DNA of 64,000 nucleotides, from contig CAYJVR010000005.1 in NCBI GenBank assembly GCA_964373715.1, positions 46,805 through 110,804 of the forward strand, read 5' to 3'. The position numbers were made by a program, and so were the translations under genes. This document shows positions 1-11,900 of the stretch, piece after piece. Under the pieces are notes generated by a model. The model was given only the letters and a program-made list of their open reading frames with translations, was not told the DNA's origin and did no database searches. The DNA comes from an uncultured Planctomycetia bacterium. Its GTDB lineage: Bacteria; Omnitrophota; Gorgyraeia; 1-14-0-20-64-10. The stretch's first letter is position 1; every line of letters starts with the position of its first letter.

Positions 1-3000
1 CCTGATCCCTGTTTCCTGCGCCACCGCCACGCTCGGGTTAAGCCGGCGGGATTCGGCGACCGATTCCGGGATATCCCTCGTCATGCTGAAAACAACGGAC
101 CGGTTCACCTCTTCGGCCGGAAGGGTCAGCCGGCGGTCGGCCCAGTTGCTCCATAGGGCGGCGTGTAGGCTCTGACCGCGCGCCAGCAACGGGCTGGGAA
201 CACCGGTCGTCTGCAAAATCTGCGACAGTTTCGTCAGGTGATAAACCACCGCCCCGCCGGTCACCTCAACATAAGCGGCAAACGCTTTCTGAAGCGCGGT
301 GGCGTCGGCCGGCGAAAAGCGGGCCTGCAGAGCTTCCGGCGACAACAGTTCTCCGGCGGCCCAACGCTCCCACTCTCCCGCCGTCTCGAATTCACCCTGA
401 GAGGCAGCCAGATGGACCATCATCCCCATCACCGCGGGCTGAAGGTGTTTGGCAATGCCGATCTGGGTCAGTTTCCGGGAATCCTGCAGAGAGGCCACAA
501 ACAATTTGAACAGCAAGTCTTTCGGGATGCAGTAGCCGGTCGTCGGTCCGGCCGAATAAGACTCCCCTTCCTTGATCGCGGCGACCGGCAGGCCGCCCCG
601 CTGGTTGAACTGGAACGCGAGGTCCTCAATGTCTCCGACGCCGAGCCGGCTGACGAAATAGGCCTGCACGTTGCGCACCGCCCGAATCATCGCGGTCCAC
701 TGGTTTTCCGACACCTTCAGGTTCTCCGCCTCCTTGATGTGCCGGATCTGCGGGTTGAAGTTCATCAGCTCGTAAAACCTTTTGGCGTGCGCGGCGGCGA
801 GAACATCGGTGACGCCAACCCACTGCGGCCACACCTCGACCGAGGAACGCTCCCCTTTGCCCAGGTTGACGCGGCTGGGGGCGTAGATCAGGTGGTAGCG
901 CTTGCGCCCCCCGGTCGGACGGAAAGAACCGTCTTTCTTCTCGAGCAAGGTGCCGCTTGAATAGGCATAACGGGGATCCCCCATCGAGGCCTGAAGCTTG
1001 TTCGCGGCGATCGTCTCGCGGCGGGCCGTGGTACGGCTTAAGCCGGAGTGGTTCCTGTACCAGCGGCGCGCCCTGTCCTGCAGTTGAAGCTGGGGTCTTT
1101 GCCGGTCCAACTGGTCCAATACCCGGTGCCGCGCCGCCCACCGGACGGTGCTCTCGAGTTCCCGGCGGTAAAGCTCCGATTCCCGTATCGCCTGGGCAAC
1201 TGCCTGCGGCTGCGGGGTTCCGCCCTTGGTCAGTTGCGCCACACGGTCGGCAAGGTCCGGATCAAGCTGGTTCCTCTCCCACACCTTCGGGACCGCCTCC
1301 TGCTCAAAAGCAGCCCGGGTTCCCTGATCTTTTAAGAGGTTCTCCACCCAGTCCGTATCCGGATGGGCCGGATCAAACTGGAAAGAACCGCCGGCGGCAA
1401 CGGCGTCCGCCTCGGCCGCCTCCACTAACACAGCAAACCGCGCCACCTCCTCCTGAATCGCCAGATGATCGGAAATGACCTGTTGAATCGCCTGCTCCCG
1501 GTTCATCCCCTGGACCTGGTACTGTTCGGCAATCGGCTCGTAACCGAATTCCTGAATAACCTGCCACCCCAGCTGCTGAATCCGCTGGGCATAAGCTTGG
1601 GTCCGGCGGCGGACCTCCCCATCCAGATTTTTGGACCGGACAACGTTCTTGAGAGCCATCTCCTCTTCGAGGACCGTCTGGATGAATCCTTCAACCAGGC
1701 CCGGGGCCTCGGTAGTCAATAAGTGGAATGCCGGCAGAGGCCGGCGCCTCATCATCGCGACCGGCGCCAACCGCTCCGCCTGCGCCTGCAAATCTTTTGC
1801 AGAGGCAAGAGCCTGGGAGATGCTCTCTCGGCACTGATCCGGATAGTTTCCGCTTTCGGGAGCGCCGACCGCGCGCAGGCGCAGAGCTTCGAGCCGGTCG
1901 ATAAAATGCTGTTCGGCCCACCTCTGTTCGGTGTATCTTTCAATCTCTTCGGCCCGCCGGTCAAACTCCCGCGCCAGCCAAGCGGCTGTTAAAGATACCC
2001 GCCGCAGCAACTGCTCTCTTTCGGAGGAATTCACTTCCTGGATCGCCTGGCGGTGGGCCGCCTCCGCCGGCAGTCCCTGCTCGGTCAAAACACGCGCCCT
2101 ATCCAGCAATGCCGGAGTGCTGTAAACCACCATCTCCCGCGCCAGCGCCAGGTGCTCGGAATCCATCGTCTTTTCGATGTTCTGCGCCCAGTAATCGGCC
2201 ATCTGCCGGATCGTCTGCTCAAGACCTTCCTGATCCACCTCAAAAACCGTGACATGTTTGCCGTCCACTTCAATGGTCCGCTCATAGATAAACAGCGGAG
2301 CCGCCTCGATGATGTCGGTCGCTTCCGCCACCCAGTCGTAGCTCGGGCTCATGTAGGTGTTCTGCCCGCCCAACCGGACAAGTTTCCGCAGCGCCTCCTC
2401 CTGCTCCGGCTTTTCCTCAAGCTCGTTCCCTTTGAATTTTTCGGAACCGCTCTTCGAAGGCCTCTGCATCAAAACGCTGTAGGCGGCGGCATACGATTCA
2501 GCCCGGAGGATTGCCTCCTCCAGTTTGTTGATAGCGGCAGCCAATACTCCCGCCTCGGATGAGAATGAGGTCAAGCTCTGCTGGGCTTCCGTAAACTTAG
2601 CGGCCACATCCTGCTGGCGCGGCCGCCGGCCGACCCCTTCCCGACTTGCCTTCACCGCCCGCTCCTGGGACTGGCGAAAAACCTGCCGGGCCTGCGTGTA
2701 GAAGATATCGAGATTTTCCCGCAGCTGCTGGATGGCGCCGGCAAACTGGGTCAAGGAGATGACTTTCCCGGGCCCGTACACCTGTTGGCGGATCCGGCCC
2801 GTGCCCGGACCCACATGGGCCATGAGATCCTTCACGCGTTGAGCCGACTTCCTCAACTCCGGCTGAGCCCACACAGGAGCGGATTTAACCACAGCATCCA
2901 TTCCGGAAAGAAACTGCTCCCCTTTTGCCGCATCCAAAAGTTGTTGGGTTAACTCCACGACCTCCGCCGTTTTAAGAGCGTAACCGCTGTTTCCAAAAAG

Positions 3001-5892
3001 GAAAGCCTGGTTGCCGAAAGCCCGGCTTTCACGTCCGGCCAGCAAAACCGGGTACGGGAAATCCTCCGGAAGCCATTGTTCCCTGACGATGGCGCTCACC
3101 CTGCGGGCGTTTTCCGCTTCAACGTTCCGGTCGAAATCCCGGATCACCTGGTAGGTCGCCTGACGGCGGTCTTCGATATTCTGTTTTTCCAACGCGCGCC
3201 GGAAAGAGAGCCGGTCATACGGCAGATCAATGAGCATCTGGCCGGTCAGCCAGGAAACCCACCTGTCCCGGTAATTCCGCAGCATCTGCATCCGGCCCAA
3301 CACGTCGGCATCCGGCTCGGCATCCATCCGGTCCTCAAGGGTCAGGGTATCCACGTTGGCCAGATCACCCATCTCGGGACTGGGCAAACGGCTGGCATCG
3401 TTAAAGAAGTAGGCCCATGTGTTCCCGTGATCCACCACGGGAGAGTGGAGTACATTCAGAAGTTTTTCCTTTTCGTCCTGGGACATCTGCTGATAGAGCG
3501 CCAGCGTCAGGTGGGCCGCCTCGCGCGCGGAAAAACCGGCCGCCTGGGCAAACTCCTGAAAAAGGCCGACCGCATAAAGGACCGGACGGGCCTCATCGTA
3601 GCGGGAATCGGCCAGTTCGTCGCCGATCGTCGTGTCAAGCCGAAGCGCGGATTCCTCGTCCGTCAAATCCATGGTCATCGCGTGGTTGGCCCGAAGCTGA
3701 ATTGGAAGGCTGTCGGATTCCAATCGGTCGCGAACCCGCTGGACAACCGAAGTATCCTGATAAGCGGCCAACTTCAGGAGGCCTTGCCTGGTCCACTCAA
3801 GAACCCGGGCTGTGGCCGCCTGGTCCTGATCCTGGGCTTCAGCCGTCATCTGTAAGTCGGCAACCGTGCCGGAGGCGAAATTCAACTCAGCCGTACCGAC
3901 CAAGCGGCCGACCTGGCGCTTCGCGACCTGAAGGCCTCCGTCGGTAACGCGGGCGACTTTCGTGGCGAATCCTCTGGCCGGCTTGGTCACAAGGGTAGTT
4001 TCCTCCAAACCGCCCGTCACCGCCGAGGGCCAGATCTCCGTGTTGCCGTTCACGAAGAGTCTGCCGTCCGGCGATGCCTTCAGCATCAGTTTTCCTTTAT
4101 CCGGATCGGCGAAAAGGGGCTGCTGCGTGTCCGGATCGGTCTGGGTGATGGGAACAAGGGTCAATCCTTGAGGCGAGAAAACCGCACCGATAGGACCCAC
4201 CAATTTGAGCGTGCCGCCCCCAGTGAAACCCCGGAACCCCGGCCTCACATCGAGATAAACGGACGGCTCGACCTCCACAGTTACGCCGGCCTGCTGTGTC
4301 AAAACATGAAGCCGCTGACGGCTCTTCTGGTCCCGTGTTCTGGTGGCCCGGACAACCGCCTGGTAATCCTTGGCGGCCCCGTACTGGAGCTGATCCACCT
4401 GCAAAACGCCGAACCGGATATCGGGCTGGCTTCCGACAAAGGTCGGGATATGGGTCGCGAACATCTCAATGTTCCGCCGCTGCTGCCCGAGAAGGTCATC
4501 CCTGTCCCGGTCCACGTGTCGCAACGGCAAAGTGAGCCCGGCGGCGCGCGCGGCGGCTTTTTCAGAGAGCTTGAGTACGCCCGTGTTGAAACCAAACGGG
4601 TCGGTTCCGCTTGCCGCAACGGCCTGGTCTTCAACCTGATTGAAAACCGGCAGACCGGCAATTCCCTTCGCCGCATCCGGCTCCCGCTCCGCCTTTTCGA
4701 TAATCAGGTGCATCACCTGGCCAGACGGCAAAACAACATCCACCAGCGTGCCGCCGACCGGGGATGTCCTCGACACCTTGGCCGTGGCCACCGGCGCTAC
4801 ATCCAGATCAGCACTGGCAGAAAGCACTCGGGCGATGAATTCACCGCTGTTGAGGACCGGGTCGTCCCCGTAAAGCACAAGCCATGATTTTCCCTGCTGG
4901 ATTTTCCTCTTCTGCGCAAACTGGTAGGCCGCCTGGAAAGTGCCAAACGTGCCGTTGGGGTTGCGCAAAATAACGGGTTTATTCGTGCCCGGATCAATCG
5001 ACGTAAGAATCTTCCCGGTCTGAGGATGGAAACTGGGGAAGGTCCCCTGCGCCGTCACGTTGATGCGAACCCTCTTGGAATCAACGAAACGGCTGTTCTT
5101 CCGAATATCGTTGGCCACCGCCTCCGCGCTATCCGGAGCGTCCACCACGATCACCTCGACCCCGCGCGCATCCACAAGCCGCGCGAGCTCCGAAACCTCT
5201 TCGAGCGTCTGCACGATAGGGCTGGTCCCTGAAGGGCCTATCATCACGGTCGGTTTCTCTAGCCGGGTCAGCCTATTCAGCTGTTCCCTCAGCTCGGCCC
5301 ACAAGCTTTTCTTGAACCGGGCCCCGCCTCCTCCGGCTGCCACAACGATGACCGTATTCTCCAGGAGCTGTCTCATTTGCGCATGGCTCCAGGCGTAGGA
5401 CTGAGACTCCCCGATCGGCGTGGTCGATGGGGGGCGATACGCGGAAACATCAAGCGCCTCGATCATTTGCTGAACAGACTGCACCGGCTGATTTAAGACG
5501 ATGCTCACAAGCTGATAAAGCGTGGCTGGAGGATTGACTGGTTTGCCGGCATAATCCGCAAGCCTGGCCAAAACGGTTTTATCTGCGAGGCGGCTCAACT
5601 GATCGCGCAGACGCCTCTTATCCGACTGAGAGAAGGAGCTCCACCCCTCAATCAATTTGGAGGCGGTCAACTCCTCCAAACCAGCCACGGAGGCTGCGTC
5701 CGCCAGCCCTTGAAGGCGCAGCCTCAAATCATCTAAGCCGGCCTGGCCCTCAGGCTGCTGGACGCGAAGGGTCTGATCCCCTTTTTTCCGGTCCTCAGCA
5801 AAGGCGGGAAGAACAGGAGAGAAAATCAGCGCCTGGATAAGCACCCAGGCACTGATTTGATTAACTATATGGTTGGAACGATAAGTTTTCAT
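1..5892 (-). CDS. Giant multidomain protein, 3'-partial (start ATG at 5892; the frame stays open to position 1, so the C-terminus lies beyond the window; at least 1964 codons are present)
   Basis: I translated the minus strand by hand from the ATG at 5892. It reads MKTYRSNHIVNQISAWVLIQALIFSPVLPAFAEDRKKGDQ... and stays protein-like without any stop down to position 1, where the frame is consistent (5892/3 = 1964). It is missing from the ORF track only because it has no in-window stop. All plus-strand track ORFs in this 5.9-kb stretch are short, R/G/P-rich antisense frames. The protein has a signal-peptide-like N-terminus. Tentative motifs include a Gly-rich loop (AAGGGGARFKK) with a downstream FGFNTGVLKL segment reminiscent of UDP-sugar pyrophosphorylases (roughly 4480-5350), and a SAGPTTGYCIPKD motif near the window start. 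Confidence 0.8.
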   Translation of the reverse strand, partial: MKTYRSNHIVNQISAWVLIQALIFSPVLPAFAEDRKKGDQTLRVQQPEGQAGLDDLRLRLQGLADAASVAGLEELTASKLIEGWSSFSQSDKRRLRDQLSRLADKTVLARLADYAGKPVNPPATLYQLVSIVLNQPVQSVQQMIEALDVSAYRPPSTTPIGESQSYAWSHAQMRQLLENTVIVVAAGGGGARFKKSLWAELREQLNRLTRLEKPTVMIGPSGTSPIVQTLEEVSELARLVDARGVEVIVVDAPDSAEAVANDIRKNSRFVDSKRVRINVTAQGTFPSFHPQTGKILTSIDPGTNKPVILRNPNGTFGTFQAAYQFAQKRKIQQGKSWLVLYGDDPVLNSGEFIARVLSASADLDVAPVATAKVSRTSPVGGTLVDVVLPSGQVMHLIIEKAEREPDAAKGIAGLPVFNQVEDQAVAASGTDPFGFNTGVLKLSEKAAARAAGLTLPLRHVDRDRDDLLGQQRRNIEMFATHIPTFVGSQPDIRFGVLQVDQLQYGAAKDYQAVVRATRTRDQKSRQRLHVLTQQAGVTVEVEPSVYLDVRPGFRGFTGGGTLKLVGPIGAVFSPQGLTLVPITQTDPDTQQPLFADPDKGKLMLKASPDGRLFVNGNTEIWPSAVTGGLEETTLVTKPARGFATKVARVTDGGLQVAKRQVGRLVGTAELNFASGTVADLQMTAEAQDQDQAATARVLEWTRQGLLKLAAYQDTSVVQRVRDRLESDSLPIQLRANHAMTMDLTDEESALRLDTTIGDELADSRYDEARPVLYAVGLFQEFAQAAGFSAREAAHLTLALYQQMSQDEKEKLLNVLHSPVVDHGNTWAYFFNDASRLPSPEMGDLANVDTLTLEDRMDAEPDADVLGRMQMLRNYRDRWVSWLTGQMLIDLPYDRLSFRRALEKQNIEDRRQATYQVIRDFDRNVEAENARRVSAIVREQWLPEDFPYPVLLAGRESRAFGNQAFLFGNSGYALKTAEVVELTQQLLDAAKGEQFLSGMDAVVKSAPVWAQPELRKSAQRVKDLMAHVGPGTGRIRQQVYGPGKVISLTQFAGAIQQLRENLDIFYTQARQVFRQSQERAVKASREGVGRRPRQQDVAAKFTEAQQSLTSFSSEAGVLAAAINKLEEAILRAESYAAAYSVLMQRPSKSGSEKFKGNELEEKPEQEEALRKLVRLGGQNTYMSPSYDWVAEATDIIEAAPLFIYERTIEVDGKHVTVFEVDQEGLEQTIRQMADYWAQNIEKTMDSEHLALAREMVVYSTPALLDRARVLTEQGLPAEAAHRQAIQEVNSSEREQLLRRVSLTAAWLAREFDRRAEEIERYTEQRWAEQHFIDRLEALRLRAVGAPESGNYPDQCRESISQALASAKDLQAQAERLAPVAMMRRRPLPAFHLLTTEAPGLVEGFIQTVLEEEMALKNVVRSKNLDGEVRRRTQAYAQRIQQLGWQVIQEFGYEPIAEQYQVQGMNREQAIQQVISDHLAIQEEVARFAVLVEAAEADAVAAGGSFQFDPAHPDTDWVENLLKDQGTRAAFEQEAVPKVWERNQLDPDLADRVAQLTKGGTPQPQAVAQAIRESELYRRELESTVRWAARHRVLDQLDRQRPQLQLQDRARRWYRNHSGLSRTTARRETIAANKLQASMGDPRYAYSSGTLLEKKDGSFRPTGGRKRYHLIYAPSRVNLGKGERSSVEVWPQWVGVTDVLAAAHAKRFYELMNFNPQIRHIKEAENLKVSENQWTAMIRAVRNVQAYFVSRLGVGDIEDLAFQFNQRGGLPVAAIKEGESYSAGPTTGYCIPKDLLFKLFVASLQDSRKLTQIGIAKHLQPAVMGMMVHLAASQGEFETAGEWERWAAGELLSPEALQARFSPADATALQKAFAAYVEVTGGAVVYHLTKLSQILQTTGVPSPLLARGQSLHAALWSNWADRRLTLPAEEVNRSVVFSMTRDIPESVAESRRLNPSVAVAQETGIR

Positions 5893-5942
5893 AGAGATCT
5901 ATTGTCATTCGGATAGACCAGAAAAACCGGGAATCCGGACTT

Positions 5943-8900
5943 TTACGCCTGCAGAGCCAAGGTCGCCCGGTCCACGAACGATTCCCAGAGGGCCAGAGAT
6001 TCCGGCAGCAGCTGGATCCTGAACAGAGCCAACAGAATCTGCTCCAGGGTGCCCGAAACCGACCGGTTCACGCCCACATCCTCCACCTGCCCGACCCCGT
6101 ACACCTGTTTCAGGTAGAAATCGGCCGCCGCTATCGCCGAATCCCGGTTCGGCGTGTTCGCCGCCGTATCGCCGATCCGGAAAATCGAGTTCTCCGAGAA
6201 GCCCATCTCGATCAGCTTCGCCTTCTCCTGCACCGTGTCCACCACGAACGCCACAGGCAACAACTGCCCGTCCGTTGTTTTCACACGGCTTAAAGCCGCT
6301 CCGATCGCCAACCCCTTGACTCCGTCCAGCGTACCGGCCATCACACCCACCGAAAGACTGGCCGTATCGGCCGACGGCAGAGATACTCTCTCCAACATCA
6401 ACTCCAAACCGGTCGGCACGTTGCTGCCGGAAATATTCGTCCGGGCGGCAACGGTCGAAAGAACCGGAGTAAAGATCTCTGTCGGCACCAGAACCGTGAT
6501 TGATTCCAAACCGGCCTGCTGCAGCTGCGGGACGAGGCCGTTGGGCCCTATCACTCTGGGCTGTATCCCCTCGATAGCCGGTTTGCCTCCCTGAGCCGGA
6601 GCGCCGCGGAAATTGGCCCAGGTATCCTGGACAAACGCGTTCTGCTCGGCCGGCGGATGTATCTCGGCGTAATCGGGGATAATCTTTCTTCCGCGGAAAT
6701 CATCCTTCGCCTTGGAAGACTCTATATCCTTCGCCGCCTGCTCCTCCAGCTTCACAAACTCGGCCAGCGCATCGCGCAAAGTGATCCCCGGACGCTCCTG
6801 CGCCAGGGTCTGCCGCTGATGCTCCCATGCCGGATCCGGCGAAGCCTGCGTCAACAGGTTGGCCACCTGAGCCAACTGGCCGGCCTTGGCCAAAGCATCT
6901 ACCCGGTCATAGACCCCGCGCAACGCGTAATGCAGGATAAACCGGCTGTAGGCGTCAATGGCAAGCTGAACGGCATCTGCATCTGTTTTCATGTAGTTTT
7001 TGCCGAGACCCGGAATACCGGGAGCCGTTACCGGCTGTTGATTTTCACCCTCAGGCGTCCAGGTCTGCGGCGTATCGAGATAATATCCGGAAACCGGCGC
7101 CGGCTTGCCCTGGACCGCCTGCAGACGGGCCCTTGCGTCCTTCATAAGATCAACCGTATCCTGACGGAAAACACGGAAATCAAACTGATGCCGCGTCGCC
7201 TTGTTCCGGGAAATATACTTCCCTTCGTTCCGCTTGACGGCAAACAGGTTATCCATGAGAACCCACGCCGGCACAATCTCGTTAAAAGCAGGCGCAAGAC
7301 CGGGCAGGGTTTCTCCCGGGGTATTGATCAGCGCAAACGGGAACGCCACCGTCTGCGGCAGTGTTTTGACGCTCGTCGCAATCAGCAGGTAAGGAGACCC
7401 CGAGAAATTCGACGGATACTTGATATCCACGCTCAAGCCGAAGAAGGTCCCTTCGCCCGGCAAAATCTCCTGGTCCGGTTCCTTCCCTGTGTGGTTCGAT
7501 CCGACATTGGCGCCGTAGCCGATATTCCCCTTTCCTTCAGGCCAAACCGCAGCGATGAGCAACGCCTGATGGTGGAACCCGACAAACGGCCCCACGAGCG
7601 CGGCGGTGACTTCCCCTTCCGCCACCCCGGTGTTCGGACCAAGCACCGAACCGGTCACAAAACCACCCCGTTCGGCATGCGAATGTTCCAGCAAAACGCT
7701 CTCGCGCACCTGGGCGGCAGACTCCACGGAGGAACCCCACTGGATAACCGAGCTTTCCACAATCGCTCCATCGGTGATTTTTGTCTGTTCCGTGTTGCTG
7801 CTTAAAATCGTCGTGTCGCGGACGGCAGCGGCGCCGATGATCTGGGCCCCTTCGCCCACATACACGTTGGACACATCCCGGCTGTTGACGATCCGGGCTC
7901 CCTTTTCCACGATGCCGACCGGAGAAGCCGCGGCCGCCACATACTGCGCGTGCGCCGCGTTGTAGTCGGCCTGGAGGGCCTGATGCTCACGGCTGCGCAC
8001 CACAGCATCCCGGTCCGCCGCAGGAATCTGAGCCGGTTCCACCCCGTTGTACTTCGCGAGCAGTCCTTCATTCACTCCCGAAGTCGCCAAACGGGCCGCC
8101 GCGTCCAACAACATGTCGGCGAACGGCCGGATGATCCGACCAGCACCCTTCACGCCGACCGTTTCAGGGCCGACGGCGATCTTCGTACCGAGGCCGAACG
8201 ACGTCGGCTTCCCGGAGGCGGTCACATCGCCGTTCACGATAATGACGTTCTCCTTCACCACCTGATTAGACACCACAGAGTTGCCGTAGATCAACGGGTT
8301 CGAACCGATCCTGCTGTTGATGACCGTCGAGTCGTAAATTCCGAGCGGCAGGTTCACGCCGGGCTTAACCTCGGCAGTCCCCGTTCCGATGGACCAGATC
8401 TCCACGTCCCCGAAGAACCGGTTGTCCCGAATTTTGGTCAAATCTGTGGACGGTACAACCCGGACGCGGCTCCAATCCTCCGCACTGTTGCCCTGAGACT
8501 CCATCTGGGAAATCTGCGCCGCCGACAACTGGACCGGAGGAACGGCCGACTGCCACTGGCCGGAAACCACCTGCTGGACAGCTTGGAGGAACGGAGAACC
8601 GGCAATCGCCTCCTTGATCGCCTTCACCACGTCGTACTTCTCCTCCAAACCGGCTTGAAACCGATCCTTGATTTCTTGATCCAGACCTTTTTGATGGAGG
8701 GTGGCCATTGGAGTATTTACATCCGCTACAGCCAAAACCACCCGTGGTGCTTGGTTATTCAGTTGAAACGCTTCGGCAAAACCAACCGTACCCTCCATCT
8801 GGAGAGCAGTCAAAACATCCTGAACCAGTTGACCAGGAGCAGGTCTAACGTCTGCGACAACATACATCTTGGATCGCTGAGGATCTCCCGGAAACTCGGT

Positions 8901-11900
8901 GACCACCGTTTGAACTCGGGCCTGGCCTGGAACCGACTGAAGCACGGAGTAGCCTTGGTAGGCTTCAATAATCCCTTCCACTTCTTCATCCGATAATCGG
9001 GACCCGAATTGTGTATGGACGCCGGCTTCGACCGGAGGAACCGCTAAGGCCGTACGGATTGCATCTGCCACACCCAACTCCTGAAGTCTCTGGACCGATT
9101 CCCTCATATCCAAAAGCTCATAGGCAACTCGCATTCGCCCCTCAATCGGCTCTTGAGGATAGTTGTCCGACACAATGTCCTCTATGCTCAATCCTGCATT
9201 CGAGACCACCGTCCCGATGTCCCGGAGTAGTCCACTACGGTCCCACGTGGCGATGGCGATGACAGCGTGTTGGGGATTTCGGCTGTCCGGGTACATCCGA
9301 ACCTGCGGCTGATTGGTTTCAAAAACACCCAACCCCATTTCGAACAAATCGCCCAGAGCTCCTTCCGGAAGTTGTCGGAATGCCGCACCGCGAAGTCTTT
9401 CTCCAAGGAAATCAGCAGGAACCTGAATAAGCCCCGTCGGTGGAATGGCAGGGCCCGGACCCGGGCGGAATGTGGAAACCGGTTCCTGAGGCCCTTCCTC
9501 CAACGCCTCATCCCGGAAATGGCCGAACCTCTCCGCCAAAATTGCCCCAAAGGCCGCCACATTGAAATTCCCCAACGCATCTGTCGCATTCGGAACTGCA
9601 AAAATCCCTTCCGGATCCTGCAGTTCCGGGTTGTTGACCTGCTCTTCAGTAATCGGAGCTAGTTTTACCGGGCCAGCCTCGATAATGGAGCGCCGAATTA
9701 GATTGGTCTGACCTGGACCCGGCTTTTGCACGTTGTCATTGAGCGTAACCAGGAGAAATCGTCCATTCCTGGAGTCATACACTTGAGCATCTGTGTTCGT
9801 AGAGTCGGCAAAGTCGCTGTCTGTCATCACAAAGAGAACCAGGGTATCGTTGTCGAGTGGATATTTTGGGTTCACGCCATACTTAAGCCGATAAGCCGGA
9901 TCATCGGTATTCTCCGAATACTTCTTTTTATTCGGATCCACTGCTGCCAGAGGGCCATGCCACGCCGAGTCGTTCAACTGCGCCTCAGCAAAGATCCCCA
10001 GCATCGACAGAACCCTGGCTAACTCTTTCGCTGCCTCATAGGCCTGGCCGCCGCCGATAATATGAACCTTCCGATATTGGCTTAACTTCCGCAGGAGGTC
10101 TTCCAGGCGTTTTGCGCTGACTCTGTCCGCAAGCACCTCGGCGACCATAGCCGGTACTGTCCGCAAAGAATTCTGGAAATCGGCCGTGTTGCGGCCCAGC
10201 AACTCCCCCATCCTGGCCCCAACCGTTAAGAGAGCCAGATAGGTTAAGGGGTAAACGCTCACGTCATCCACGTCCGCTTCAAGAGAAAGATGGGCCACAC
10301 GGGTCGGATTGAACTTGCTGTCTCTCAAGCCCGAGACATCATCCGAGATCGTGACCAAGGGAACGCCCCGATCCCGCAAACGCTGTGCCAGCGAGATCAT
10401 TCGCTCCTCCGACCTCTCATCCTGCTGTCGAGGCACCTCTGCGCCTGTCCGCAGCTTAAAAGGAAAGGCCACCTGCGGCAGTTGAGCATTCGCAGGACCT
10501 CGGTTCCGGCCTCTGGAAATGAGGAAGACCACCGTGCCTTCATCCACCAGATCCTCAATCCCGCGATCGGTGCTCCGGAAAACCTTAATGTTCTCAATCC
10601 CAGACAAGAGCAACTCGGGCTGGGTGGCCTTAAGTTGCAGGCCGGAAAGGAGTTTCTCCGGTTCTTTCGGATCCGGGAGAAATGAGCTGGGATCCACAAT
10701 GTACTCTCGGCCGTTGAACGAAACCGTTTGAACCGCTTGGGTGACGGAAACCTCTTTGGTCTCCGGCTCTTTGCCTTGAGCGTAAGGGTTCAAGTCCGGT
10801 GCGTAACGGATGGTGTACCTCTTTTCCGCCGAATTATAGGAAGCGCGATAATACCAACCTCCAATCCGGACTCGGACACCTTTCGTATACAACTCCGATC
10901 GAACACCGGAGACGACAGGCTCTGTCCAGCCAAAGGGCCCTACGGCTGCCCCAGCGGCATACTGCGTGGCCTCTTCATCGGTCACGATGACAACCCTCGC
11001 TCTGGGCTCAGGAGCCCCTGCCGCTTTGCTGAACCGCTGGAGAAGCTGCCCAGCTCGCGTCTTATCTTCCGGATGGACCAGAACCCCTTCTGGCCCAGTC
11101 CATCTCTCCAACGCCATATTGAGCAAGAGGGGCAGACGCGAGATCGACTGCTGCCGGGGGGTCTGAAGAGCCGGCCAGGCTCGAGCGAGACCGCGCTGAT
11201 AGTTTCTGAATGAGGCCTGAGACCCTTCCACCTGCCCGGCTTGTTCCTGTGTCGTCACATACCGGGCGGCAGAAGCCTGAATCAGCTCTTCGCGGGAACG
11301 GGCGCCGCTGACCACAACAGACTTCGCTAAGTTTCGCGAGTTGTCGATCTGCGAATCGGTGATTCCATGGGCCCGTGCCAATGCCAGCGAAAACCGAAAG
11401 TACAGCGGTGCGTCTACCAAACCCTGGAGAGTCAAACGAACCCTTGGAACAATCACAAGGTCGATCTTTCCTTGTTCCTGAAGCTGGATCAGGCGCGCCA
11501 GATGCCTGTTATCCTCCGCAAAGGTCTGAACCACAACCTGAATCCCGGCCTGGGTGACCTCATCAATGGCTCTGATAAACTCGTCCAACCGTCCAGGATC
11601 GGTCATGTTGAAGATCGTCGCGACACGCTCCGCCTCGGGCACCTTGGGGTCCGCCGTCCTTAAAAGGAGATTTCGCCAGCTTTCATCCCCGATATCAGCC
11701 GCCTTCCCAACGAGCCAGGCAATTTCTTCTGCCTTGAGTTCTCCCTCAATGTAAATCGGATTGTTCCGGCTGCCGATGACAAGAACCTTCTGCCGATCCT
11801 TCCAGGCACGAGCCACGCGATTCACCAGAGACTCCACATCTTCCCGCGTATCGAGGACCCGGTTCCGGTCCTCCTTCCCCGGTTCGACAATCAGGCCGTA

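Noticed and set aside
238-5398. Short plus-strand and minus-strand track ORFs in the first 5.9 kb (for example 238..960, 3076..3855, 4168..4887)
   Set aside because: They are superseded by the single continuous minus-strand reading frame 5892..1, which translates cleanly. The listed ORFs are wrong-frame fragments
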